DNA of 64,000 nucleotides, taken from NCBI GenBank assembly GCA_965649265.1, contig CBFGKC010000004.1, positions 24,331 through 88,330 on the forward strand, read 5' to 3'. The position numbers and the translations under genes are program-made. Below are positions 18,459-28,024 of the stretch, in pieces (the stretch's first letter is position 1; each line of letters starts with the position of its first letter). The notes beneath the pieces were generated by a model that saw only the letters and a list, made by a program, of their open reading frames with translations, was not told where the DNA came from and made no database searches. The DNA comes from a candidate division WOR-3 bacterium (lineage in GTDB: Bacteria; Hydrothermota; Tepidihabitantia; B3-TA06).

Positions 18459-18794
18459 ATGAAAAAGATCTTTGTGTTGTCCGTCGCAGTAGTCATTTTT
18501 GCAGGTTGCGTAACGACAGGGACGACCAAGGACGGCCAAAGCACGTCTTCAAGTCAAGGCGGGTATCAGGGAAGGTGGGAACAGGCCGTATTAACTCAAG
18601 ACGATTACGGAAGCGAGTTGAGAGTGGTGCGCGAGAACGACGAAATCTGGGTTCTTGTTGCTAAAACGAATTGTTTCTGGACTCGACAGTACGTAGGCAG
18701 GTCTATCTGGTTAAAATGGGGCCCGATAGAATCCAAACTCATGAACGACGAAGGTGAAACTTGTGATTTTTGGACCAGAAAACGTGTGCAGTGA
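18459..18794 (+). CDS. small hypothetical lipoprotein
   Basis: MKKIFVLSVAVVIFAGC lipobox with a GGAGGAG SD. Confidence 0.8.
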   Translation: MKKIFVLSVAVVIFAGCVTTGTTKDGQSTSSSQGGYQGRWEQAVLTQDDYGSELRVVRENDEIWVLVAKTNCFWTRQYVGRSIWLKWGPIESKLMNDEGETCDFWTRKRVQ

Positions 18795-18826
18795 AGCCTT
18801 TCGTTAAGATAACATATAGTAATGCG

Positions 18827-18854
18827 TTGACATATAACGGTATTTAGGTATAAT
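18827..18854 (+). promoter_or_regulatory. sigma70-like promoter TTGACA-N16-TATAAT
   Basis: Perfect -35 and -10 hexamers. Confidence 0.75.
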
Positions 18855-18872
18855 CTTATATAAAGAGGAAGC

Positions 18873-19346
18873 ATGCAGGAGAAAATGGAAATTCACGTTG
18901 AGACTCAGCCCAAAATAACAATGGTAACGGCGAAATCATTGCAGAACAAACCTGGCATTGCTGCAGAACTATTTTCCCATTTGGGTAACGCCGGTTTTAA
19001 CATCGAGATGATCACTCAAAGCGGCGTTTCCGATAAATTCGCTGATATATCATTTGCATTGGCTCAAGATGAGGCTGAAAGAGCTATTGAATACCTCAAG
19101 ACTTTGACTCATCTTGCCGTTAAAGAATTCGTATCCTTAAAAGGTATGGGGATCCTGACCGTTTTTGGTCGTGGTTTCGCGAACAAACCCGGGTTGGCCG
19201 GAAGGGTTTTTTCTCTGCTTGCAAGAGAAGGAGTGAATATTGAAATGATTTCTACGTCATTAAGCTCGGTAAGCGTTCTAATTCGCGAAGAATATCTGAT
19301 GCCCTCAAGAAATTTACTCGAGAGGGAGCTGGTGCAGGATGCTTGA
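18873..19346 (+). CDS. stand-alone tandem ACT-domain protein (aspartokinase regulatory/beta-subunit-like, no kinase domain)
   Basis: NKPGIAAELFSHLGNAGFNIEMITQ..DISF and NKPGLAGRVFSLLAREGVNIEMISTS. Confidence 0.9.
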   Translation: MQEKMEIHVETQPKITMVTAKSLQNKPGIAAELFSHLGNAGFNIEMITQSGVSDKFADISFALAQDEAERAIEYLKTLTHLAVKEFVSLKGMGILTVFGRGFANKPGLAGRVFSLLAREGVNIEMISTSLSSVSVLIREEYLMPSRNLLERELVQDA

Positions 19347-20322
19347 AGGTCGGATAGAACGTCAGGGCTTTCTTGACATAATCCAGCTTCTTACAATGAG
19401 TCGCAAGACCGGAAGGCTTGAAGTCGCGGGAGATGTTGAAGGCCTGCTTTTTTTCTCCGGCGGAGAGCTTCTTGATTGTCAAACGAGCAAACTTGTAGGC
19501 GACGAGGCTTTCATTGAGCTTTTCATCCTTGTTTCGGGAAGCTTCAAATTCCACGAGGAGGAGGTCTCCTTAACAAGGCGGATAACCAAATCGCTCACCG
19601 ATCTTTTAATGATAGCCTCAAAACAAGCTTCGGAGTGGGATGCCGCACGCCTCGAACTTCCCTTTGAAGAAGCGGCGCTCGTTCTTGCTCCCGTCGATCC
19701 CGAAGCGGCCAAGAATTTTCAATTCGGGGCTCTGGGCTGGGCCATCATCTCACAGGTAAACGGCAGACGTTCGTTTCCGGAAATATCCAGAATACTCGGC
19801 AAGCCCAAGACCAAGGTGGCCATAGGAATTGCCGAACTGAAAAAACAGGGGCTTATCACGACAGAGGACGCCGAGTCAGCGCTCCTGCGGACGGTTTTTC
19901 GCAAGACTTCCGACGTGATTTTCAGGCTGATAGTAAACAGGGTGAAGCCTCGAATTAGGGAACGCATCTTTACAGATTTCAACAAATGGACGTTTTCAAA
20001 GGGTTTCGATATCCGCATGCTCGAGAGCGACGGTGTGATCAATAACATTCCATACGACATGCCCATCGACGAGAAACATCTTGCATACCGCCAGACCCTG
20101 GAGCAGATGAACGAGGCGGCACAAACCGGCCTTACACGGACAGAATTGTTCGATCACATGTCCGAACTATATGAAAGACTCAGCGCCGAAGAGCGCAGGA
20201 TAGTGGCCGACTCCGGGCTCAGCAAGTTTCTTCCTACAGAATCCAAGAAGAAAACGAAGCCCACCGACTTTTGGGAATCTGCCGCCGATTCCATAGGCCC
20301 TGACGGGGTCATTCCAAGATAA
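19339..20322 (+). CDS. DUF4388 (PatA-N-like) domain + winged helix + C-terminal helical domain
   Basis: LEGRI..FLDIIQLL..RKTGRL..G.LFF..G..GSFKF; WAIISQVNGRRSFPEISRILG..ELKKQGLI; overlaps the ACT gene by 8 nt. Confidence 0.85.
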   Translation: MLEGRIERQGFLDIIQLLTMSRKTGRLEVAGDVEGLLFFSGGELLDCQTSKLVGDEAFIELFILVSGSFKFHEEEVSLTRRITKSLTDLLMIASKQASEWDAARLELPFEEAALVLAPVDPEAAKNFQFGALGWAIISQVNGRRSFPEISRILGKPKTKVAIGIAELKKQGLITTEDAESALLRTVFRKTSDVIFRLIVNRVKPRIRERIFTDFNKWTFSKGFDIRMLESDGVINNIPYDMPIDEKHLAYRQTLEQMNEAAQTGLTRTELFDHMSELYERLSAEERRIVADSGLSKFLPTESKKKTKPTDFWESAADSIGPDGVIPR

Positions 20323-20663
20323 CCGGCCGGAACGGCCGAAATTCCGTTACAGCGATCATCGGATATATTAACTTAAGGGCTTAGCGGATGAAGAGGGGGG
20401 GCAAAGTTCAAATCCCTATCCTAAAAGCCCCTGGGAAATTCATATCCGCTGTCCCTTCCTTTTTTCTGTCATTTCTTTCCCGTGTGAGATGACTGGAAGA
20501 TAATTTGGCAGAAACGGGAACCCACAAAATAATGGGTTTAATGGATTAGGATTAGATAGTGAAAACCGTTAGGCGTAAGGATGCGACCCGTATCATCTTC
20601 CTTCCCGCGCCAAACGATTACGACTAAGGTTTGTTTGGAGTAATTCGGGAAAGGATGTCGCTC

Positions 20664-21044
20664 TTAAGCCGTCGGCAGAGGCAGGGAAGAGCGCAGCTTG
20701 TCCGAATAAACCTTGCTCACGTAGCGAACGGCTCCGAGATTTGCGCCTCTTGGAACGCCTATTGCAAGAAATATCCGACCCTCGTCGTCCAGGGGCTTTG
20801 TCAGGAAGTGGGCGTCAATGGTCGACAAAAGATTATCCACAAGATTACCCTTGCGAATCTCCTTGACTATTTTGGAAACGTTTCTCATCACTTCGGTCAA
20901 AACCGCGCTCGTGAAATCGGCATTCTCGCCGCCTTCGCGGGTCTTGGATGCAAGAATCAGGCCGTCTTCTCCCACTACGCATATTGAAAACGCCTCCTGC
21001 AGCCACTCGGCCATCTCGTCAAGGTATTTGTTTACCTCTCGCAT
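20664..21044 (-). CDS. Roadblock/LC7 (MglB/LAMTOR-fold) protein
   Basis: SICVVGEDGLILAS and ANLGAVRY motifs; about 125 aa; AGGAGG SD. Confidence 0.8.
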   Translation of the reverse strand: MREVNKYLDEMAEWLQEAFSICVVGEDGLILASKTREGGENADFTSAVLTEVMRNVSKIVKEIRKGNLVDNLLSTIDAHFLTKPLDDEGRIFLAIGVPRGANLGAVRYVSKVYSDKLRSSLPLPTA

Positions 21045-21081
21045 CAAATGCCTCCTTTATCCGGTTTAAGAATTTCGTCTA

Positions 21082-21109
21082 ATCCTAACCGAGTATTCCC
21101 GGATGTCAA
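21082..21109 (-). promoter_or_regulatory. sigma70-like promoter TTGACA-N16-TAGGAT
   Basis: Upstream of the roadblock gene. Confidence 0.55.
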
Positions 21110-21208
21110 GGTAAATGAAGGAAGGGCAGGGCGGTCAAACGGCACCCAGAGACGTTCATTGTCGGAAAGGCTTCCTTCTTTACCGGGAATGACTATAATG
21201 CATATAGA

Positions 21209-22111
21209 ATGAAGATGCCGTTCGAATCGCCTGTGAATTTTAAGCATATCTTTCGAGTGGTATGTTCTCTCGCGGCCTTATCTATGATCCTTGCAGGCGC
21301 TGGATGCGGGTGCCCTGGTGAACGGCACTTCTTTTATTACGGCGGTCATAAGAGAACGTACTGGTTGTACCAACCCGAATCGGGGAAAACCGGCAATCCG
21401 CTGCCCCTCGTCATAAATCTCCACGGATATTCAGAAAGTGCCGCGCTGGAGGCGTATCGATCGAACATGAACGCCTTTGCCGATAAAGAAGGCTTCATCG
21501 TCTGTTACCCGGAGGGCACGGGGCTAAGCAAGGCCTGGAACACCAAGGGTGAAAGGAATGCCGATGACGTGGGGTTTATCTCTGCGCTGATCGATACTCT
21601 TATCTCAAACTACAACGTCGACACCTCACGAATCTACCTTGCCGGGTTCTCGAACGGCAGCCGGATGGCTTTTATTGCAGGAGCGGCGCTCTCTGATCGT
21701 ATTGCCGCAATCGCCGTGGCCGGGACTTTCTTTTCGGAAAGCGAGTTGGAGGCGCTCGACCCAGGTCCGTCGGTCAGGGTTATCGCTTTCCACTCGAGAA
21801 ACGATCATGCCGCTAAATACGCGGGGTTCGAGAGTGACGGTGAATTATACCCGTCGGTTTATGAAATCTTTTCGACGTGGGCGCAAAAATGCGGATGCAG
21901 CCGGGAGCCGGATACATCGGTTTTCGATGGTGACGTGCTCAAGTTCAGATGGAACAATGATTCCACGGGTATGGAAATCGTCCTATGGACTACACCCGAC
22001 GGCAAGCACACATGGCCGGGGGGGAGGGGGATACCTTTCCCCGGAGGCGCCAAACCTTCCCGCAAAATCGAAAGCAATGAGCTTATGTGGGAGTTCTTTA
22101 ACACCCCATGA
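21209..22111 (+). CDS. LpqC/PHB-depolymerase-family esterase, possible lipoprotein, no T9SS CTD
   Basis: LPLVINLHG, DDVGFI, RIYLAGFSNG, GKHTWPG, MWEFF. Confidence 0.85.
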   Translation: MKMPFESPVNFKHIFRVVCSLAALSMILAGAGCGCPGERHFFYYGGHKRTYWLYQPESGKTGNPLPLVINLHGYSESAALEAYRSNMNAFADKEGFIVCYPEGTGLSKAWNTKGERNADDVGFISALIDTLISNYNVDTSRIYLAGFSNGSRMAFIAGAALSDRIAAIAVAGTFFSESELEALDPGPSVRVIAFHSRNDHAAKYAGFESDGELYPSVYEIFSTWAQKCGCSREPDTSVFDGDVLKFRWNNDSTGMEIVLWTTPDGKHTWPGGRGIPFPGGAKPSRKIESNELMWEFFNTP

Positions 22112-22190
22112 AAACGTATGTGTTTTCCGGGGGCAGCGAACAATAGCAAGAAATGAGAAGTCATCCTGAACCTGAGGAGTATAATCGGAC

Positions 22191-23147
22191 ATGCACGCTT
22201 CGCAGCTGAAAAAACAGAGAGAATACAACGTTCGTCTGAATCGCACGCTCTATTTCATCGAGCACAACCTGGACAAGGAACTCAGGCTTGAGCTTGTTTC
22301 AAAAGTATCCGGGTTCTCCTCCTTTCATTTCCACCGGATATTCAGGCTGATGGTCGGGGAGACCCTGAACGACTACGTTAAAAGGCTGAGGTTGGAAAAG
22401 GCGGCGAACATCCTCGTTCACAATCCTTTCCGCTCCGTAACCGAGATAGCCCTCGACTGCGGGTTTTCCTCGTCATCGAACTTCGCGCGGGCGTTCAAGG
22501 AACACTTCGGGGTGTCGGCGTCCTCGTGGAGAAACGGCGGTTACGGGGAATACCGACGGGAAAGCAGAAATTTTAGCAAGAATGGAAAAGCAGAAAGCAA
22601 CCAGCGAGAAGATTCGGTGTCCCGCGCTCCTTATAATCAAGACGTTAAACTCAAAAAAAGAAAGGAGCACGAGATGAAGGTTGAAGTCAAGCAGATACCC
22701 GATATTCAAATCGCCTATTTCAGGCACATGAAGGGTTACGACAGCCCCGGAATCGCGGAAGCCTGGGAGAAGGTCTGCCGCTGGGCCGGCGCCAGGGGCC
22801 TCATCAATCAGCATACGAAGTTCATAGGCATATCGCACGACGACCCCGAGGTGACGCCCCCTGACAAATGCCGCTACGACGCCTGCGTGAGCGTTCCGAA
22901 GGATACGAAAGCCGAAGGCGAGATAGCGGTTACAACCATAGCTTCCGGGAGATATGCGGTCTCACGCTTCGAGGGGCAGACCTCTGAAATCAAACAGGCC
23001 TACGATTTCCTTTACGGCAAGTGGATGCCCGAATCAGGGCTGCAGCCTGCCGATTCCCCGTGTCTTGAAATATACCTGAACGACCCCAAAACAGATCCGA
23101 AGGGAAAACACATATTCGAGATCTGCATTCCGGTGAAGCCGCTTTAA
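22191..23147 (+). CDS. AraC-family regulator with GyrI-like effector domain
   Basis: FSSFHFHRIF, IALDCGFSSSSNFARAFK, DDPEVTPPDKCRYDAC. Confidence 0.92.
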   Translation: MHASQLKKQREYNVRLNRTLYFIEHNLDKELRLELVSKVSGFSSFHFHRIFRLMVGETLNDYVKRLRLEKAANILVHNPFRSVTEIALDCGFSSSSNFARAFKEHFGVSASSWRNGGYGEYRRESRNFSKNGKAESNQREDSVSRAPYNQDVKLKKRKEHEMKVEVKQIPDIQIAYFRHMKGYDSPGIAEAWEKVCRWAGARGLINQHTKFIGISHDDPEVTPPDKCRYDACVSVPKDTKAEGEIAVTTIASGRYAVSRFEGQTSEIKQAYDFLYGKWMPESGLQPADSPCLEIYLNDPKTDPKGKHIFEICIPVKPL

Positions 23148-23161
23148 GGAATTCTGACATT

Positions 23162-23188
23162 GACGGGGGACCGGGGGCCCCCCGTCTT
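23162..23188 (+). terminator. hairpin after the AraC gene
   Basis: GACGGGGG..CCCCCGTC stem with a short U tail. Confidence 0.45.
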
Positions 23189-23214
23189 GACTTCTCGTTT
23201 CCCGGAACTATACT
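23187..23214 (+). promoter_or_regulatory. sigma70-like promoter TTGACT-N16-TATACT
   Basis: Upstream of the esterase pair. Confidence 0.55.
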
Positions 23215-23290
23215 ATTTTGTGGTTTTTGGGGTCGCGACGGATGTATAAAATCCCACGCGGCTGATAGTAATCGTTAACCGAGGAGAATA

Positions 23291-24424
23291 ATGATGAACA
23301 ATCAGCCTTTTCCTTTTTATCTTTTGGGGCGCGTGCTTCGAGGAACATTGTTCCTCTCGTGCCTTTTTGTACGAGCATACGCGGAAGACGTCACCGAGAT
23401 AATGACGACATCGGACGGCACCAACAGAACATATCTTTTGCACACCCCGCCGTGTTACGACGGAACAAAGCCGCTTCCATTGATTCTGAATCTTCACTAC
23501 GGCGCTGGAACAGGTGCAGGTGAGGCGGCGATATCGAGAATGAGCGACAAGGCCGACACTGAATGTTTCATAGTGGCGTACCCGGATGCAATCGGTGATT
23601 GGACAGAATACGATTCGCTTTTCCTTTCGGAAATAATCGACACCTTGCGCGGGCATTATGCAATCGATTCGCTGAGGGTCTACATGACCGGTTTTTCTGC
23701 GGGCGCTCTCATGTCTCACTGGATGGCGTGCAAGCTTTCAGGAAAGGTAGCGGCCGTCGCCCCTGTTGCCGGAACGATGCTCACCTATGACTGGTACGGC
23801 TGTTATCCTGAAAACGCGATATCGATAATAAGCTTCAACGCCCGCAACGACATTCTGGTCCCCTATTACGGCGACGGCGGATACTTTACCCCGGTGGAAA
23901 AAGCCATGAGCGACTGGGCCGAACGCTTGGGGTGCGAGCTGGGGCCGGATACGTTCTACAACGAAAACGGTGCGTTGAGGCAGACCTGGTCGAGGTCAGA
24001 CTCGGCATGCGAGGTCGTGCTCTGGACTACAGAGGAAGGCGGTCACAGCTGGCCTACCGATTCGAGCTACCACAAACTCCCCGCCAGCGACCTCATGTGG
24101 AAGTTCTTCATGTCGCATCCACTTGTCTCCGGGAAACCCGCAGTATCTGAACCGGTGAGTACTGACGCTCTTCTAGATCCTTTGAATGCCAACGTTTTTG
24201 GTCGGCGTATCAGCGTTCGTTTCTCGCTTAAATACGCCGGAAGCATTTGTCTCAGGTTATACGATGCCTCAGGAAGGCAAGTGGCAATCGTCAAAGAGGG
24301 CATGGTCGGCGCCGGGGAGCATGAGGCGGTCATTGACGCCTCGAACCTTTCATGTGGTGTATACTTCTATTGCTTATCTTCACCACATGGCACTCAAACA
24401 CGCAATATCTTAGTGGTCAAATAA
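23291..24424 (+). CDS. LpqC-family esterase with T9SS-type C-terminal domain
   Basis: TGFSAG and GGHSWP; CTD LRLYDASGRQV..LSCGVYFYCL..ILVVK. Confidence 0.88.
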   Translation: MMNNQPFPFYLLGRVLRGTLFLSCLFVRAYAEDVTEIMTTSDGTNRTYLLHTPPCYDGTKPLPLILNLHYGAGTGAGEAAISRMSDKADTECFIVAYPDAIGDWTEYDSLFLSEIIDTLRGHYAIDSLRVYMTGFSAGALMSHWMACKLSGKVAAVAPVAGTMLTYDWYGCYPENAISIISFNARNDILVPYYGDGGYFTPVEKAMSDWAERLGCELGPDTFYNENGALRQTWSRSDSACEVVLWTTEEGGHSWPTDSSYHKLPASDLMWKFFMSHPLVSGKPAVSEPVSTDALLDPLNANVFGRRISVRFSLKYAGSICLRLYDASGRQVAIVKEGMVGAGEHEAVIDASNLSCGVYFYCLSSPHGTQTRNILVVK

Positions 24425-24434
24425 AGGAGGTCGC

Positions 24435-25595
24435 ATGAGCAAGAACAGGCTTCGTATTGCTGTTACTGCCGTTTTTACCGTTGTACCGCTTATTACCGGC
24501 TACGCCGGGGATGTAAACGGCAGCTTTATGTACGGCGGCATGAAACGCAATTACATGCTGCACGTACCGCCTCAGTATACCGAAACGGATTCCCTTCCCG
24601 TCGTTTTGAATCTTCACGGCGGAGGTGGAAGCCCGCAGCAGCATGCAACATTTAGCCAGATGAACACGAAGGCCGACTCGGCAGGTTTCTTTGTTCTTTA
24701 TCCTAACGGCACGATGCTGCCTGTCGGGTATTTCGGATGGAACGCAGGCGAGTGGACATTGGGCAATGTTGACGACGTTGGCTTCATATCTGCGCTTCTG
24801 GATACCATAGAGGCCAATTATCGCATCGATACTTTGAGGATATACGCCACCGGATTCTCCATGGGCGCAATGATGTGTCACCGGCTTGCTTGCGAGCTGT
24901 CTGGGAGAATCGCGGCTTTTGCGCCGGTGGAGGGCGGGCTTACCTTGAACGATTGGAACTCATGCCAGCCCGTAAGGCTTGTACCGATAATGCATTTTCA
25001 CCATCGCTATGACGCTAATGTACCCTACTATGGAGATCCCACAAAAAAATGGGCCCCTGCTATCGATTCGGTAATGAGACACTGGGCACATAGGAACGGC
25101 TGCAGTGTGGGCCCGGATTCCTTTTTCAACGAGAAAGGGGCCCTGCGCCAGAGATGGTCAAGAACCGACGACAGCTGCGAGGTTGTATTCTGGACTCTCG
25201 AGCAGGGCAGGGGGCATGCCTGGCCCGGAACTCCGACAGCGTCTACCGAGCTGTCGGCCAACGACCTGATGTGGGAGTTCTTCATGGCACATCCAATCCC
25301 GGTGAAAGAACCGGAACCCGGGATCCTTGAGCCGGTCGAACATCCCAGCCCCGATAGTCATTCAAACCTTGAAGGGTTTAATGTCGTTTTCTTCACTCTT
25401 GCTCAAAGCGAGTGCGTTCGCCTCGATATCTTTGACGTCCTGGGCAGAAGGGTGGCTGTTCCGATAAACGGGATTTTTGAAAAGGGCGAACACTCGGTTG
25501 TGCTCGAGCAAGAAAGCTTAACAAGCGGTGTTTACTTTTACAGGCTGTCCACTTCCTCAACAACAAGCTCGGGAAGAATAATAGTAATCAAATGA
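24435..25595 (+). CDS. LpqC-family esterase with T9SS-type C-terminal domain
   Basis: LHGGGG, TGFSMG, GHAWPG; CTD LDIFDVLGRRV..SGVYFYRL..IIVIK. Confidence 0.88.
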   Translation: MSKNRLRIAVTAVFTVVPLITGYAGDVNGSFMYGGMKRNYMLHVPPQYTETDSLPVVLNLHGGGGSPQQHATFSQMNTKADSAGFFVLYPNGTMLPVGYFGWNAGEWTLGNVDDVGFISALLDTIEANYRIDTLRIYATGFSMGAMMCHRLACELSGRIAAFAPVEGGLTLNDWNSCQPVRLVPIMHFHHRYDANVPYYGDPTKKWAPAIDSVMRHWAHRNGCSVGPDSFFNEKGALRQRWSRTDDSCEVVFWTLEQGRGHAWPGTPTASTELSANDLMWEFFMAHPIPVKEPEPGILEPVEHPSPDSHSNLEGFNVVFFTLAQSECVRLDIFDVLGRRVAVPINGIFEKGEHSVVLEQESLTSGVYFYRLSTSSTTSSGRIIVIK

Positions 25596-25625
25596 AAAAG
25601 AGAGGGCCGCGCTGCGGCCCTCTCT
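25595..25625. terminator. terminator between the convergent esterase and sppA genes
   Basis: AGAGAGGGCCGC-GCT-GCGGCCCTCTCT with a T run on the minus strand. Confidence 0.75.
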
Positions 25626-25640
25626 AAATCTCATGTAAGT

Positions 25641-27986
25641 TCAATTCAGCGGTATCTCTATCCGGTAGGGCATGAAATAGAGGATGTTCTCATCGAGCCA
25701 GGAGGGGAGGTCCCCCAGATCGATCAGGGTTCCTTCCATTGCTTTTTCAAGATCGAACGCCGGTTTGGGCTTGGGGTATATCTCGACCTTGCATTTCTCC
25801 GGGAGTTTCGCCATGTTCCTCGCTTCATCGATTGCGTCCATGAGGCCGCCTATCTTATCCACGAGTTTTACGCCGACTGCGTCGGTTCCCGACCAGATGC
25901 GGCCGCGACCGACCGAATCCACCTGCTCAAAGGTCATCTTGCGGCCTTCGGCAACGCGGCCGGCGAACTCCCTGTAGCCTTCGTCCATCAAGCTCTGCAT
26001 GAGCTTCGATTCCATATCGTCGAAAGGCCTCTGGTTGGAGAACATGTCCGAATGGGGATAGAGTTTTATCGTTTCCATATTAACTCCGAGCTTGTCGTAG
26101 AAGCCTTTCGTGACGAGCTTGCCGCCGAGAATTCCTATCGAGCCGGTAAGCGTGGTGGCGTCGGCGAATATCTTCGCCCCGGGAACGGCTATGTAGTAAC
26201 CCCCGGAGCCTGCGACGCCGGCCATAGAGACGATCACGGGTTTCTCCGCCGCAAGTTCGGTCAGTGCCCTGTTGATTATCTCCGAGGCTAGCGCCGAGCC
26301 TCCGCCCGAGTTGATTCTCAACACCACCGCCTTGATCTTCTTGTCGTCCTTGATCTTCTCTAGAACCTCGGCTATAGTGGTGGAACCCATCTGCTTGCCG
26401 CCGATGAGCGGTATGGGGAGGGGGTTGGTGCCCGACTTGCCGGTGACGATGTCGCCCTCGGCGATTACGAGCGCAATCTCCGAAAGACCTATCGCCTGCT
26501 TCCCGCCGTCCTCATCCACCCATGCCCTCGGGACCTCGCGAGGTTCCTCTGAAAGTTTCGAGAATTTGGTGCGCTCGACCTTCGAACCGAACTCGAGTGC
26601 GAGCACGCTGTCGAGGTCCAACGCGTAGCAGAGGGTGTCCACGAGTCCGAGCGCGAGGGCTGTGTCGGCATTGATGAAGACGCGGTCGTTAATGTAGTGC
26701 TCGAAATCCGCTCTCGCGATGCCGCGGTCTCGCTCTATGGCGTCGAGTACCTCATTCCTTATACTCGAAAGATATGCCGCGGTCTGTTCCTTGTCCTCCT
26801 TCGAGACCTCTTTGTTCTCGAAAAGCTCGACCGCGGACTTGTACTCGCCTATGCGGTAGTATTCGGGATCGATTCCGAGTTTGTCGAGCGTTCCCTTAAG
26901 CGTGAGCTTGGTCGAGTAAAGGCCAAGGAGCATGATATCGCCCGTGGGAACAAGGATGATCTTGTCCGCGAGCGAGGCAAGGTAGTAACTGCCTATCGAA
27001 TATCCTTCAGAGAACGCCACTATCTTTATTCCCTTCTCCTTAAGTCCCACGAGTTCCTTTCGGATTTCCTCGACCTGGTATATGACAGAGATGTCTGCCT
27101 CGCGGAAATCCAAGAGGAGCCCTTTTACGTCCTTGCGCTTGCCCAGTTCTCTCAACTCATTGAGCAGGTCGTAGAAGGTCTTGGTCTTCTTCATCGAGAA
27201 ATCCATCGATGCGAAGGTGAAACCCCTTGCCTGGGGTTCCTCTGCGCGGCCCTGGGGTGACCATTCCACCACTTTCGGCCCAGATCTCGTGAACTTTATA
27301 CCCGGATACTTGGGAAATGAGATACTGAAATCTAAGCCGCCGCCGAGCTGGTTCTGAGCATAGGTCAGGCCGAATCCCCTCAGCTTGATATTGCCGAATG
27401 AAAGCTCAATCCCTCCTTTCAATCTCGGACCTGTCGCGGTGTCAAGAGCTTGTGTGAGGGATGCAAAAACGAGTACTCCAGATAGAGGCTCTACGCCCAA
27501 TCCTACTTTTAAATCCCTGACGCCTGACTTGAATGATAAATCCGAAAAAACCGTCACCCTGTCAGTGAAAGGCCTTACGCCTAATCCTACCGTTGCCGCG
27601 AGAGTGTCTCCCGTATCAAGTGTTCCCCCGAGAGCCAGCCATTTAAATGGGTTCGCCTGGAGCCCGAAGCGCCAGAACTTCTCCTCCCCGAAGAAATATG
27701 CTCCACCCACTCTTACCCTTTTTCCGAGCGGGATGCCCAGTCCTGCGGTGTAAGTTCCAGTGGAATCGCCCGAGCGGTAGCCGATTCCGAAGACCCCCGC
27801 GCTGAGGTCGAGGCCGAAATCCAGGTTGCCGTTCCAGTAGTAGCCCTGGGCATGCAACTCGGTACCCATAAAATGCATTGCTCTGCCCGCAGGGTTCGAC
27901 CATATAGCATCCGTGCGTTCCGCGAAACTCACGGATTCGCCGGTGAAACCTGCTGCTATCGCAAGCCATGATAAAAATGAAAGCAT
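25641..27986 (-). CDS. sppA: signal peptide peptidase SppA (two S49 domains) with an N-terminal OM beta-barrel-like domain
   Basis: YYLASLAD, GEYKSAVE, LRINSGGGSALAS, SMAGVAGSGGYYIA, TGSIG, GRIWSG. The first ~225 aa are amphipathic strands with an NPAG motif. Confidence 0.9.
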   Translation of the reverse strand: MLSFLSWLAIAAGFTGESVSFAERTDAIWSNPAGRAMHFMGTELHAQGYYWNGNLDFGLDLSAGVFGIGYRSGDSTGTYTAGLGIPLGKRVRVGGAYFFGEEKFWRFGLQANPFKWLALGGTLDTGDTLAATVGLGVRPFTDRVTVFSDLSFKSGVRDLKVGLGVEPLSGVLVFASLTQALDTATGPRLKGGIELSFGNIKLRGFGLTYAQNQLGGGLDFSISFPKYPGIKFTRSGPKVVEWSPQGRAEEPQARGFTFASMDFSMKKTKTFYDLLNELRELGKRKDVKGLLLDFREADISVIYQVEEIRKELVGLKEKGIKIVAFSEGYSIGSYYLASLADKIILVPTGDIMLLGLYSTKLTLKGTLDKLGIDPEYYRIGEYKSAVELFENKEVSKEDKEQTAAYLSSIRNEVLDAIERDRGIARADFEHYINDRVFINADTALALGLVDTLCYALDLDSVLALEFGSKVERTKFSKLSEEPREVPRAWVDEDGGKQAIGLSEIALVIAEGDIVTGKSGTNPLPIPLIGGKQMGSTTIAEVLEKIKDDKKIKAVVLRINSGGGSALASEIINRALTELAAEKPVIVSMAGVAGSGGYYIAVPGAKIFADATTLTGSIGILGGKLVTKGFYDKLGVNMETIKLYPHSDMFSNQRPFDDMESKLMQSLMDEGYREFAGRVAEGRKMTFEQVDSVGRGRIWSGTDAVGVKLVDKIGGLMDAIDEARNMAKLPEKCKVEIYPKPKPAFDLEKAMEGTLIDLGDLPSWLDENILYFMPYRIEIPLN

Positions 27987-28024
27987 CTGTCCTCCAATGG
28001 TTTGGATGTTCCTCTTAAATAAAA

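Noticed and set aside
20323-20663. ncRNA between the convergent DUF4388 and roadblock genes
   Set aside because: No recognisable RNA family, promoter-terminator pair or convincing structure by eye.
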